Below, one piece after another: positions 34,656 to 46,300 of a stretch of 64,000 nt of DNA. The DNA lies in the NCBI GenBank assembly GCA_964019335.1, contig OZ025702.1, positions 124,001 to 188,000 on the forward strand, written 5' to 3'. The first letter of the stretch is position 1; each line of letters begins with the position of its first letter. The position numbers and the translations under genes are program-made. The notes beneath the pieces were generated by a model. It was not told the origin of the DNA and did not search any database. It saw nothing but the letters and a program-made list of their open reading frames with translations. Source of the stretch: Diplonema japonicum (Eukaryota > Protista > Euglenozoa: Diplonemea).

Positions 34656-35663
34656 ATGTCCATACCCATAGGTGAGGTTTTCCCTTTGGAACTGACTAAT
34701 GCAAGAGAATGCGCAAGAGCCGCGGTGGAGGCGGACAGGGCAGGGGAATATGTGTCGGCGGTTGATCTGTACAAGAAATCGGTGAAAAGACTGTTGGAGG
34801 CCAGTGCATCCTGCGTGAAGAGGGACACGTTAAATGCATGCAGAGTGTCGGGCGTCACACGAGAAGCTGTTGTCGAGATGGCTGAAAAATACATGAAAAG
34901 GATCGGGGAGCTCAAGATCATCATCGACAAAATCCTGAACGAGCAGAAAAAAGAAATAGACATCGAGGAGATGGAGGCGAACTACTACAGCTCCGACTCC
35001 GACTCATACTCCGATGGGGAACGACAAACGGCAAGCAGACGGAAACTTTCGTTTCGCGGCGCTGCCCTGCTAATCATGAAACTAATGTCCGTTCCGTTCG
35101 GTTTCAAAAAAGCAGTGGTCGGTGGAAACGGGAACAAACCACAACTAAGCTGCAAAATCACGAAACGAGATTTCTTGAAACTGTCTGATTTAACACCGCT
35201 CTCAGCCACAGCGGTGAAGCCGCTTTTTGAAATGGGACAGCCGCATGTTCTTTGGGCATCATACGTATTTAAACGCAGCACGTATCACAGACGATTTGCG
35301 AAAACAAAAATTGACCGCCGAACTGCAGTCGTCTCACCGCAAGCATTCTACATGGGTGCATCCAACGAGCTTGTCCGCTGTGTCCCCATCACCGACATCC
35401 ACGAGGTGCTTATCAGCAACGACAACTGGGTGGGCCTTCGTGTCCCCTCGCAATATGATCTCCTCTTCCAACCTCAAGAGCAGCCCATCCAGAGTATCGC
35501 CACACTTCTCGATATCCTCAATGTGATATATAAGTATATGAACGGCACTTCGCTTAAGGTTACGAAGCTCTACCAGACGATAGATGTTTCGACCATGGCG
35601 TTGGCAAAACCGGAGAAATGGGAGAGCGCGTTCACACCTCTACGTGTGGACCCATTAGAATAG
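34656..35663 (+). CDS. MIT-domain protein with C-terminal PH-like (myosin TH1-like) domain
   Basis: MIT-like helices ARECARAAVEADRAGEYVSAVDLYKKSV..L...YMKRIGELK; C-terminal beta-rich region VLWASYVFK..RRTAVVS..AFY....LVRCVPITDIHEV..VGLRVPSQYDLLF. Confidence 0.65.
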   Translation: MSIPIGEVFPLELTNARECARAAVEADRAGEYVSAVDLYKKSVKRLLEASASCVKRDTLNACRVSGVTREAVVEMAEKYMKRIGELKIIIDKILNEQKKEIDIEEMEANYYSSDSDSYSDGERQTASRRKLSFRGAALLIMKLMSVPFGFKKAVVGGNGNKPQLSCKITKRDFLKLSDLTPLSATAVKPLFEMGQPHVLWASYVFKRSTYHRRFAKTKIDRRTAVVSPQAFYMGASNELVRCVPITDIHEVLISNDNWVGLRVPSQYDLLFQPQEQPIQSIATLLDILNVIYKYMNGTSLKVTKLYQTIDVSTMALAKPEKWESAFTPLRVDPLE

Positions 35664-35734
35664 AGATGTTTCTTCCCCCCCCCCCCCCCACTTTTCTGAA
35701 ATAACAAAAAGGTTTTTTCTAGGTAAAAAAAAAA

Positions 35735-36651
35735 ATGAAACGAAAATGGACCGATGAGCTTCAGGTTCCGTCCTCTGTGGTTGAGAAGCTTGAGGGGGAG
35801 ATGATCGACGAGGAGTCATTTGTGATGCTGGAAGACAATGATCTCAAGGAGATGGGGATACCGTTGGGTCCACGTAAGATCTTGCTGAAGAGGATCGAAG
35901 AGGGAAAGGCGAGAAAGGTGGTGAAAGAGGTTGTTGTTGATACACCAGAGGACGTTGTGTCTGCGGTAGACGAAGACGAAGATGACGAAGTGCAAAATGC
36001 GAGCGAATCTAAACCCGACATCGAAATCGAAGCTGAAGAAGCTCTGGAGAACGAGATGGAATTGGAAGGCGATCTCAACGGAAAGATCGTGGAGCTGAAA
36101 TGTCCAAACTTCGGGCTGGATTTTGAAGGCCTTAAAACCCTTCTTGGGGACAGCATCTCGCGGCGTCTCGATCTTCCTCCACCAGAGGACAGCGAAGCGG
36201 CGGAAAACCCCCATGCACCAACCACCCACCCTGTTTTCTTCGCCCACGACAGTAAAACATACCAATTTCGAAATGTCATCTACTTGCGGTTTGACAGCAA
36301 CCGCTACGCCGCGAAAGCAGCAAGACTACTCAATAAAACAGTATGAATATGGGGGGAAGAAAAAGTACTCACAGCTATTCATTGAAAACTCCACAACAGA
36401 AGCCCCTAATACGCGTGCTGTTGGAACCTCTAAGTATGGGCATAACATCTTCAAGTAAAAAAAAAAATTTTTTTTTTCTCCCCTTTTGCAGGAGTGGGAA
36501 CATAGCGAAACTTCTTACCCGCCTCCCATCATCGTGGAGCAAAGAGGAGAAATCAACGGACCAGGAAGGAGGCAAAGGGAAGGGGAAAGGCGGTAAAAAG
36601 GGTGGCAAAGGCGGCAAAGGAGGGAAGAAAGGAAAGAAAGGAAAGAAATAA
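35735..36651 (+). CDS. SAM-domain protein with RRM-like region and KGG-rich tail, 3 exons
   Basis: SAM motif EKLEGEMIDEESFVMLEDNDLKEMGIPLGPRKILLKRI; RNP1-like FRNVIYLRFDSNRYAAKAARLLN. Introns 36341-36374 and 36434-36491 (alternative donor 36455, same phase). Ends GGKGKGKGGKKGGKGGKGGKKGKKGKK*. Confidence 0.75.
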
Positions 36652-36656
36652 GCTTC

Positions 36657-36697
<41 letters not shown>

Positions 36698-36862
36698 AAG
36701 TCTTTCCCCCCCCCGTCCCCCTTCGTTTTCTCATTTTCTTTTTTGCGGATCATTTCTTTTTACATACCCTTCATTTTTTTTTTGTCAGTGTTTTTATTCG
36801 TTTTTTTTTTTTTTCTTCTTCATATTCTCTTTTCAAAGGGGAAAGAAAAAAAAATAGTAATA

Positions 36863-37221
36863 ATGCTGAGAACCCCTGCGCGAGCAGCCTCTAGGGCGAT
36901 GTCTCTTCAGAAGAGGGATGGGAGTGTTATTGCGTATGCAGCTGGCTTTGGAGCAATGAACGCAGGCAATCTGCTGGCGTCACCAGTGGGTTCGGTATGT
37001 TAACTCTAACATTTTCTTCTTTTCCACACTTCACTCCTCCAAAGGCTCTTGGTACCGCACTTTCTTACAATATAAGTGTTGTTGGCAACCACCACATCAA
37101 CTACACCATGGATCTATTTTACAAGGACTACGTGCAGGACCCAGTCCTCTACGCAACCATGAAACAGCTCACAGCTCTCTGCCTTGTTCTTCTCATCGGC
37201 CAAGTATTTGTTGAAGTCTGA
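36863..37221 (+). CDS. SDH4: Succinate dehydrogenase membrane anchor subunit 4 (euglenozoan type)
   Basis: Mitochondrial-targeting-like N-terminus MLRTPARAASRAMSL; intron 36995-37044. Spliced product LLASPVGSALGTALSYNISVVGNHHINYTMDLFYKDYVQD..MK carries the SDH4 H-x10-DY motif and resembles kinetoplastid SDH4 (SP.G..YN..KDYVQD). Confidence 0.85.
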
Positions 37222-37449
37222 GTGGGAATAATACTTTTTTTTTTTTTTTTTTTTTTGGGTTTTTTTTTTTTTTTTTTCTTTCCCCGTCCCCTCATTAGTG
37301 TTTTTGTCCACCCTTATACCTTTTTTTTTTTTTTTTTTTCACTCCCGGTAACACCAACCGTGTCCCAAAAAAAAAAAAGATTTTTTTTTTCTCCCCTCCA
37401 TTTGTTCCCACAATAACTTCATAAAGAACGGGGGGGGAAAGAAAAAAAA

Positions 37450-38710
37450 ATGGAACCCAAAGAAGAACCGGGAGCCGAAGTACAGCAAGAAGATATGACA
37501 CACCGCATCTGGGACATGATCACAGACAGGACGAAGGCCCGACGGGCCAGAAACTTCGAAGAGGCTGATGCGATTCGGGAAGAACTAAGGGCGATGGGCG
37601 TGCGGCTTGACGACACCTCCGACAGCTGGGTCTTCGAAGGTATCGAACACGACGAGAACGAGTTCGTAGCACTGCTGCAAGACAGATGGAGAGCAAAGCG
37701 GCAACAGGACTTCGAAACATGCGACGAACTACGAGAAAAACTAAGAAGATGGGGCGTCAAAATCGACGACGAGTGCAGATCTTACATCCTCCCATCAGGT
37801 GCAACAGGGACACACGAATCAACGTTGACAACAGAGGAAATCACGGAGCTCACAGCACAACGGGCAGAGGCCGTTGCTAACAACGACGACGAAGCTGCGA
37901 ACAAAATCTTCTCGCAGCTAAGCGCGGAAGGTGTTTCTCTAAACGATCTGTACTGCACGTGGACAGCGGGGGATAGGTGGGGCGCGCAAAACCCCACCCA
38001 CCCCGCCTCCGAACTCACCCTGCGGTACATCGTCGAGAAGGTGAACGACCGTCTCACCGCACGGCGCCGCAAGGACTGGGACCTTGCCGACAGCATCCGC
38101 ACTGAGCTGCAAGACCAAGGCGTCTCCATCCTCGACAAGGAGGACCGTTGGTCCACAAAAGATGGCCGGAACGGTGCAGTCGGCGACATCCCTGAACGCG
38201 ACATCGAGATCATGCTCAACGACCGGTCCACAGCACGTGGGATGCAGGACTACGACAAGGCTGACCAAATACGCGACGACCTATCGGTCTACGGGGTGAC
38301 CTTCACAGATCGGTTGGGGACATGGCAACACGCTGCGTCGAGACGGTCAGGGATGCTTCCGGGGTACGAAGGAAAGGGTATGCGGAGGGGAAAGAAAAAA
38401 AAAAAAAAAAAAAAAAAAAAAAGGTGGGGGGAAAGGAGGAAAAGGCGGCGGCAAAAAAGGCGGAAAATTCGACCAAAGACCCAGATACGACGATGGCGGG
38501 TATGGTGGTGGTGGTGGTGGTGGTTACCGTGAGCGTGGGTATTATGACGACTACCAGCCGCCTTCTCATGGCGGGGGTTACAGAAACCATGAGCCTAGAT
38601 ATGCTGACTATCCACCCCCGCCCCCTCCCCCTGCTCCTAAAGGCGGGAAAGGCCACAAGGGCGGTAAAGGTGGCAAGGGTTCTAAGGGCGACAGGTACCG
38701 ACCTTATTAA
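37450..38710 (+). CDS. Protein with five tandem CysRS anticodon-binding-domain-like repeats and a Gly/Lys/Tyr-rich tail
   Basis: Repeats of R..AR..(K/R)(D/N)(F/W/Y)..AD.IR..L...GV.(L/I).D....W. Intron 38378-38423 leads into GGGKGGKGGGKKGG..YDDGGYGGGG..KGDRYRPY* (PY-NLS-like end). No HIGH/KMSKS catalytic domain. Confidence 0.8.
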
Positions 38711-38965
38711 TTCCCCCCCCCCCCCCCCCCTTCCCCTGAGTGTGATCTTCTTCTTTTCAAATGTCTCTTCCCCCCCCTTTTTTTTTCTTTTTTTTTTGTC
38801 AGTGTGGAAATATGGCCTCTAGACTTTTTTTTTTTTGGTCAAAAAAAACCGGGTCTTTTTCGTTCCCCCGTCCAAAACTACACAGGCCCCATTGTAAACA
38901 GGCCAGAGGTCTTAAATAGACACACAGGCTTTTGACAATGAAAATAAGAATTTTCTGCCTCGCCA

Positions 38966-38996
<31 letters not shown>

Positions 38997-39551
38997 AAAA
39001 AACGGTTTAAGACTTTCGGAAAGAACACGACGGCAATACGTGTTGTTTTGTAAGGTATAAACTGGGATGAAAGAGGGAAAGGGGGGTGAAATAATATAAA
39101 GAAGATGAAGGGGGGGAAAAGAAACGAGGAAATTAAATGAAGGGGGGAGGGGGGTGAGGAATAGGGGACCCAAATGTAAAGAATGCAATAATACGGTCGA
39201 CTTTTTACCTTGTTTGCTAAGCTCCCCCCCCCCCCCCCCCCCCAGGAGCACTGTTTAAAATACAATTCTCTTTCTCCTTTCTGTCTCCCTCTTTGTTTCA
39301 TTCCCCCTCCTTTACAGTGTTCTTCTTCTTTTCCCCCCACCATTTTTTCCCCCCTTCCTCCCTGCTGTTTTCCCCTGGTTGGAAGGAAAAAAAAACGGTC
39401 CGTGAGGAGGGGGGGCATCAACGAAATTAGAACAAAAAAAAAAACTTTAAAAAAATAACACTCCCCCTTCTGCTCTTCTTATATTTACCCCGTTCATCAA
39501 AGTTAGCTTTGAACAAAATCCAAAATAGGGAATTTAAAAAAAAAAAAAAAA

Positions 39552-41694
39552 ATGTCAAAAACCCTAGTATGTAAATCGGTGGCGAATGTGTCGGGGAACG
39601 AGGGCAAGACAACCGTCACGATTCTTATGTACAGCGATGGTTCGAAGGAGGTGGTTACAGACGGCGATGTGGACCCGATGCTGCTGGATATGTTGATGAA
39701 AAGCTCTCCTTCCGTGAAGCAAGGCGGCTCGCAGTGCGCATTGGGCTGCGGCAAGGACAAATCGGTTCAGCTAGAAGCCAAAAAAGAAAGCCTCCCCGAC
39801 GATGAAGCAAACCGCGTCCGCGAAGTGTTCCACACATTCGACTCCGACAAAGGCGGTTCCTTAAACTGCGCGGAACTAAAATCAATGTGCACGGAGCTCA
39901 TCGGAAATGAAATCTCCGCCGCAGCCGCCATGACTGTCCTAGAAGCAATGGACAAAAACAAAGACAAACAAATCAGCTTAGAAGAGCTTCTGTCATTCTG
40001 GCCCGGGATACAAGCGTTTCTAACAAACGCATTAAAATCAGGTGAGTTCAAAGAATCCTCAACTCCCACAACGAAACCAGTGACGCGTACTGACGAAGAG
40101 GAGGTACCATCAGACGGCACAACACCACAATCTGACACAAGCCCCGTCCCAGGCGAAGGCGGCTCAATCCTCACAGATGTTGAAAAGGACGTTTTCCATG
40201 AAATCAACGTTGCCAGAACCCAACCCCAAATCTACGCAGCAGCTATTGAAAAACAAGCAACTTACATCAAAGACGGTGTTCTCTACGAGCCAGGCGGTGG
40301 GATCCCCATCAGGCTCAACGAGGGCATCGGAGCTTGGAGAGAAGCCGCCGCAGAACTCCTCAAACAAAAACCCCTCCCACCTCTGAAAGAAGCACCCTTA
40401 GGATTATACCTCGCTTCAAAAGACCACTGCAGGGACCAAGCCGCATCAGGGTCCACAGGACACACGGGTAAAGACGGATCCTCCCCATCAGGAAGATGCA
40501 CACGATACGGAAAATGGATCTCAAGCTGCGGGGAGAACATCTCATACGGATGCAACACCGGACGCGGTATAGTAATGCAGCTTATCATCGACGACGGTGT
40601 CCCAAGCAGGGGGCACAGGAAGAACATCTACAACACATGGTCCGTGGCAGGGGTCGCCGTTGGAACACACCCTGTGTTCGGCCACATGTGCACACAGAAT
40701 TTCGCAGGTGGCTACACAGAAGGCAGCAGGAATGACGTTAAACTGAAAAAAGCACTGGACAAGGCTTTAAAGGAGAACAGCATGTCGAAAAACGCTTTAA
40801 AATCGAAGCCTGCCGAGGAGCAACAAAAGGCTCAAAAGGCATCCGGTGAATCCGAACAACAAGGAAAGATCAAAGTCTACGGGAGAGAAACCTGCGGGCT
40901 GTGCACGCAAATGTACGACGCTCTGAACCAGGCAAGCGTCCCGTTCCTCAAGGCAGACATCGACAAGGACAAATCGTTCTTCTCAGCGATGCAAGCCAGC
41001 GGTTTCAAAGGGGGGCGGTTTGGGTTACCCGTCATCGTGACCTCACCTCAAAAGGCGATATGGGAAATCGGCGACGCGCATGCTTTGGCAGCCGAACTGG
41101 CTTCCTCTTTAGATGCAAACAACAGCGGTAAAGGCGGAAACGTTGGAAGGGAAAAATCCGACGATATCGTTGTAAAAGTCTTCGGCATGGAGGGCTGCGG
41201 CAGGTGCACCGCAATGTACAGGCTGCTTGACAACGCTAGTGTTGGTTACGAGAAGTTGGACATGGAGGTTGATGAATCTTACTTCCAAGCCATGATCGCA
41301 TCGGGGTTTCAAGGCGGTTCCTTCATGATGCCCGTTGTTGTCGTCGGTGACAAGGCACACTGGGATATCGAGGATCAGCGTGCGCTAGCTAATGAACTTG
41401 CAGGGCCGTCTGCCTCTTCGGCTCCCTTGGAGCACCTTGAGGCGAGTCTTAAAACAGCCTTTCCGGCTTGTCTTTCTGCCACCATTATGGACATATTTAA
41501 GAGGCATGATGTGAATCAAGACGGGCAGCTGAGCAAGGACGAGACCCACACGTTTTTGGACGAGCTGTACAGAACCATGGGCCTTGAGGCACGCTGCGAC
41601 GAGATTCAGCGAAAAGAAATTGTTGAGTTGTTTAGAAATCATGATGTCGACAGGAACCAAAAGGTTGGGATTTATTTAATAAAAAAAAAAAAAA

Positions 41695-41735
<41 letters not shown>

Positions 41736-41834
41736 CCGTACCACACCACACAGCTCTCTGTAAAGGAAATCGCCAATTATCTTTGCAATTCGCACTTCGC
41801 GATGTCAGCTTCAAAGAAATCTTCGAAAAGCTAG
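39552..41834 (+). CDS. EF-hand - CAP - tandem glutaredoxin-like - EF-hand protein
   Basis: EF loops DSDKGGSLNCAE and DKNKDKQISLEE; CAP domain (VFHEINVAR, GHTGKDGS, GENISYG, IIDDGVPSRGHRKNI); two Grx-like units (KVYGRETCGLC..LPVIV, KVFGMEGCGRC..MPVVV); EF loops DVNQDGQLSKDE and, after intron 41664-41753, DVDRNQKLSVKE. Confidence 0.85.
41695..41733 (+). repeat. (AAT)n microsatellite inside an intron
   Basis: About 12 perfect AAT units within intron 41664-41753. Confidence 0.9.
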
Positions 41835-42312
41835 AAAGAAAAAAAGAAAAAAAATACGCGCACAAAGACGAGAGCACACGCACAAAAGTGTTTTTTTATG
41901 TACATTATTCTTTTTTTTTAACTGCTCTGGAAGCGCATACACACCTTACGCCTGTGTCTCCCTGTTCCCTCTTCTCCTCCCGCTCTTTTTTTTTTTTTTT
42001 TTTTTTTTTATATATACTCATGCTCCTCTTTTGTGTTTTAAAGAGCCCTCCGATTCTTTCAAAGCACTAACCCCACCAACTTTTTTTCACCCCTTGTATT
42101 CTATAGCTTCTATCCCCCCATACCCCCTTTCTCTCTTCCGAGAGAATTGAAAAAAAAAAGGGGGGAGATAAAAGTACCTACTTCCCCCCCCCCCTTTTTT
42201 TTCTTTCTTCCGACTCCACTCGCTTGTGTATGCATATTCATTTTTCCAACAACCCCCACCTTCCTTTTCCCCATCATCTCATCACAGACATTGTTTGCCA
42301 AAACCACCAACA

Positions 42313-43073
42313 ATGAAGTTGAACATTGCCTTCCCCGAGTCTGGTACCCAGAAGACCTTCGAGCTTGATGACGACAAGGCGGTCCAGAGGCTTGTCGACA
42401 AGAGGATCTCCCAGGTAAAACACCAACAAATAAAAAAAAAATTTTTTTTTTTCTTCTACAGGACTTCGACGGTGGTATCATTAGCGAGAAGTACGAGGGG
42501 TACGTGTTCCGTATCACTGGTGGAGCTGACAAGCAGGGTTTCCCCATGAAGCAGGGTATCCTGGGCAACAGCCGTGTGAAGCTGCTCCTCAACAGAGGCG
42601 CCGTTGGTTACCAGGCCTGGAGGGGCCGCACTGGTGAGAGGAACAGGAAGTCCGTGAGGGGGTGCATTGTCGGGTCCGACATCTCCGTCCTTAACCTTAT
42701 CATCATGAAGAAGGGCAAGGACGAGCTTGAGGGCGTGACCGACAAGCAGCAGCCCAGGAGGCTCGGACCCAAGAGGGCTGCCAACATCAAGAAGCTTTTC
42801 GACCTCTCCAACGATGATGACGTCCGCAAGTACGTCATCCGTCGTGAGGTGAAGACCCACTCCAAGGCCCCCAAGATCCAGAGGCTTGTGACCCCCGTGA
42901 CCCGCCAGAGGAGGAGGCGCCGTGTGGCTCAGATCAAGGCCCGCCGTGTTGGTGGCAAGGACGCTCGCAACGCCTACTTCGCCCTCGTCTCCAAGAGGCG
43001 CTCCACCAACCAGCTCCGCTCCAAGGCCAAGGAGTCCCGCCAGAAGATCGCCAAGGAAGCCAAGAAGAACTGA
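42313..43073 (+). CDS. RPS6: 40S ribosomal protein S6 (eS6)
   Basis: MKLNIAFPESGTQKTFE; intron 42415-42461; YVFRITGGADKQGFPMKQG, RKSVRGCIV, PRRLGPKRA, KAPKIQRLVTP. Strongly C/G-ending codons, as expected of a highly expressed gene. Confidence 0.97.
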
Positions 43074-43315
43074 TAAGTTTGAAAAAGAAAAAAAAAAAAA
43101 AAAAAAAGGAAAACAAAAAAAAAAAAGTATCAATTTTTTCTCTTTTTTTTTTCCCCCCCGCCCCCCTTTTTTTTTTACCACCCGCCTCCGCCCTGGGTTT
43201 TTTTTCTCTTTTTTGTTCTTTCTATAAAAAAAAAAATTGTGGTTTTCCCAAAAAAAAAAAAAGGAAAAAAATATTTTTTAAAAAAAAAACCCCCCCGCGC
43301 CCGCACCATGTGACG

Positions 43316-46300
43316 ATGAAGTTAGACGGAACAAAACGCTCGGAGCAAGAAAACGAAGACGGTGCCGAAGAAGGGGACGGGAAGGCGGCGAACAACAATG
43401 AGGAGATCTACTGGGGAGACGAACTGAAAGACTTTCTAGACGGCAGGGACATCAACCCCTTCGGCGCCCGCCCAAGGGTTCAACTAGAAATCATGAGGGG
43501 ACGGGCACTAAAATACTGGTGGCTCTTCGCCATGTTCGTCCTAATCATACACATCGTCCTCAGCGCACAAGGCCCTGGACTACGATGGGAATGCGTCGAC
43601 TCCTGCGGAAGAGGATGCGACATCGATCAAGGAACTCTGTCTCCTGAAGAAGAGACTTCCTACAGCAACCGTACTTTATTCGAATGCGACTGGACAAGCC
43701 AACCCGACGGCACCACTTGGAAATGGACATCAAACATAAACCTGAACAAGTACAACTACGACGTTCTATTCGTTGTCACACTCGTGAGCAATATGCCCAA
43801 CAACACGAACCCTGCTATGCACTACGAGGATTTTTCAACAACCACAAGCCTCGGATTCGACGGCGAAACCGTTCTCTTCACAAACCCTTACCACTTAGAT
43901 TGTTCCGAAAACGATGGCTGCGACTGGAAGCTAGTCCACGGCGACCCCATTGGGAACCGCGAAGGCACTTGGGAATACAATATCAGCATCACCGCCAGTC
44001 CTCAATTCACACTCCCTCCCAATTACGAATTCCGGCTTGTCATCCTGAAATGGAAAGAAAACTATACAAAAGGCGAGGCCGCTCTTCGCTACGTCATGCT
44101 CGCGTGGGTTCTGTACCTCCTTCCTTACTTCCTCTGGAAGAACTTCGGTAGGCCTTCTATGATTCAAGATTGGCTTCCAGAACACGTGTGGGGTACAGCA
44201 GTTCTTGTTTTCCTCTTGTGCTACCTCAATCCAATGTTTCTTCCGGGTCTGGCTTACCGAGACGAAACAGGCGCCAGAGGGCAAGCTTTCATGGCGTTCG
44301 AGGTACTTCTTTCATGGGTCTACTTCATAGTCTTATGGGGTGTTGTACTAATCGTTCCGCTCAGCGTGGCTTTTGGGAAGACAAGATGGTTGTGGATTGG
44401 GTTTGGAAACGGCCGGGGCGGCATGTTCCTTCCTTCCATTATCCTTGGGTTGATATGCGCGTTCTTCCTGGGAATTGCGATAAGAGACTTTATATATGCA
44501 GACGGGCAACGGTATCTTCAAGATGACTCGTCTGTGCCGAGATCCATGGCGTCGAACACGTTGATTAGACACCACGATAATTATGCGTTGACGCTGGCAG
44601 AGACGATTCTATTTTACATGGCCATTACTGTGCTCGTTGTTACTGTTGTGTATTGCAGGTTCCGTCTTCAGGAGCTGGCTTACACATCCGCGCGGCTGAG
44701 CTTTTTGAGTTACAGAATTTATCTCCTCATCGCAGTGCCGTTCGTCCTTGTGTCAGCCATCATTCGAATTGTGGAGTACGTGACGGCAAGCCCGCTTCAC
44801 TCCGTGACAAGCACCGGGCCCGATAGTGTTCGCGATATTGTTCTTTTTTCCGTTATGTCGCTGCTGTTCGGGCACTTCTTCGTTCCCATCTATTCCGGGT
44901 ACATTTCCGCCCCGCCTCCGCCGCATTCTCAAGCCTGGCTTTACTGGAAATGGAGCAGCGATTGGTATGCTTGGTGGACTCACTACGGGAAGAGTCTGTA
45001 CTTTTTCATAACGGAAAAGGAAGGGCAGTCCTTTGAAGAGGCGCGGGTCCAACGCCTCTCTGAAGAGCTGCAGGACAAAACAGAGAGGCTTTTCGAGAAG
45101 AACCAACGCCACGAGCCCGTGTACCATCCGTCTGAACCGTCACCCAATCTTGACGAGAATTCCTCACACTCCGACTCCGTTGCTTCGGCGGCGAACCAAA
45201 AGTACAAAATGCTTTTGGAAAAAGGTTTGAGGCTGCAACTACCAGAACCTTCCCCGAGAAGATCGCTTGTAGGGGATTACTGCGACACTGCAAGAGGTGC
45301 GCATGACAGCATGTATCTATCTGCACGAGGCGGCGGGCTGCCCATGCAGAACGCGTCTGTTTCTGCGTCCTTCCGACACCTCAAAAAACTGAACCTCAGC
45401 CTCGTGAAGTCCCCCCCTGACCAACTGCTGAACCACAACGACCCTGTGTTCGACGATATCCTTCAAACGGAATCCGTGTGCAGCCAGTCCCCGCGGGGGG
45501 AAGAAATGTCTCCTGGCAAGCACGCCCCGCCTTACCCTGAAGGCCCTTTGTCCGACACACCAAGAACCTTTAAGTCCCCTGCCTCCAACGTGCTGTCCCA
45601 ATCCACACATGAGCTAAAATCGACCATAACTGACGGGGTAAAATCGCCCACTTCCGAAGGGATCAAGTCACCTGTGACCCCCGGTCTCCGTGCGAGGGCG
45701 GAAAGACGCAAATCCCCAACGTCTCCTTCGTTAAAATCACCAATTAAACACACCGGGTTCAAACTTCCTAAAGGGCTAAAGTCACCGACTTCGCCGGCAT
45801 TAGATCTGCCGAAGCTGAAGTCACCACTGCGATCCCCCACCTCAGACGGGTTCAGGTCTCCTAAAACAGACGGGATGTCAACTCCAAAGATAGATGTCCC
45901 CCTGTCCCCCCAGGTAGATGAGAACGACAGATCTTTCCTCAGTGACAGCGGCATGAAAGAAACTGGCCTGTTCAAGGTGATTCAACCACGATCCCCTCTG
46001 CAGTCTTCCCTCGATGATACACGGCATGAGGAGCATAACGCGCCGTCACGTTCCAGTAGTTTTCACTTTTTGGGGAACCTGAGCGGGATTGAAGTACCAA
46101 GGTTTGAAGACGAGGAGGCGCAGGAACGGGAGAAAGCAGTGCTACCACCTGCAGAGGGGCCATACAAGAACTTCTTCCGCCGTGCGATGGAAGCCAGAAG
46201 GAGGAGCAGCATCGAAGAAACGGAGGACAAGGAGCCATCCGCCCACAACGACCCATTCGACGCCACCCCCATGCGGAGGAACAGCAGCTGGAACAGCAAA

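Noticed and set aside
37450-38377. Cysteinyl-tRNA synthetase gene
   Set aside because: Only C-terminal-type repeats are present; there is no Rossmann catalytic domain or HIGH/KMSKS motif.
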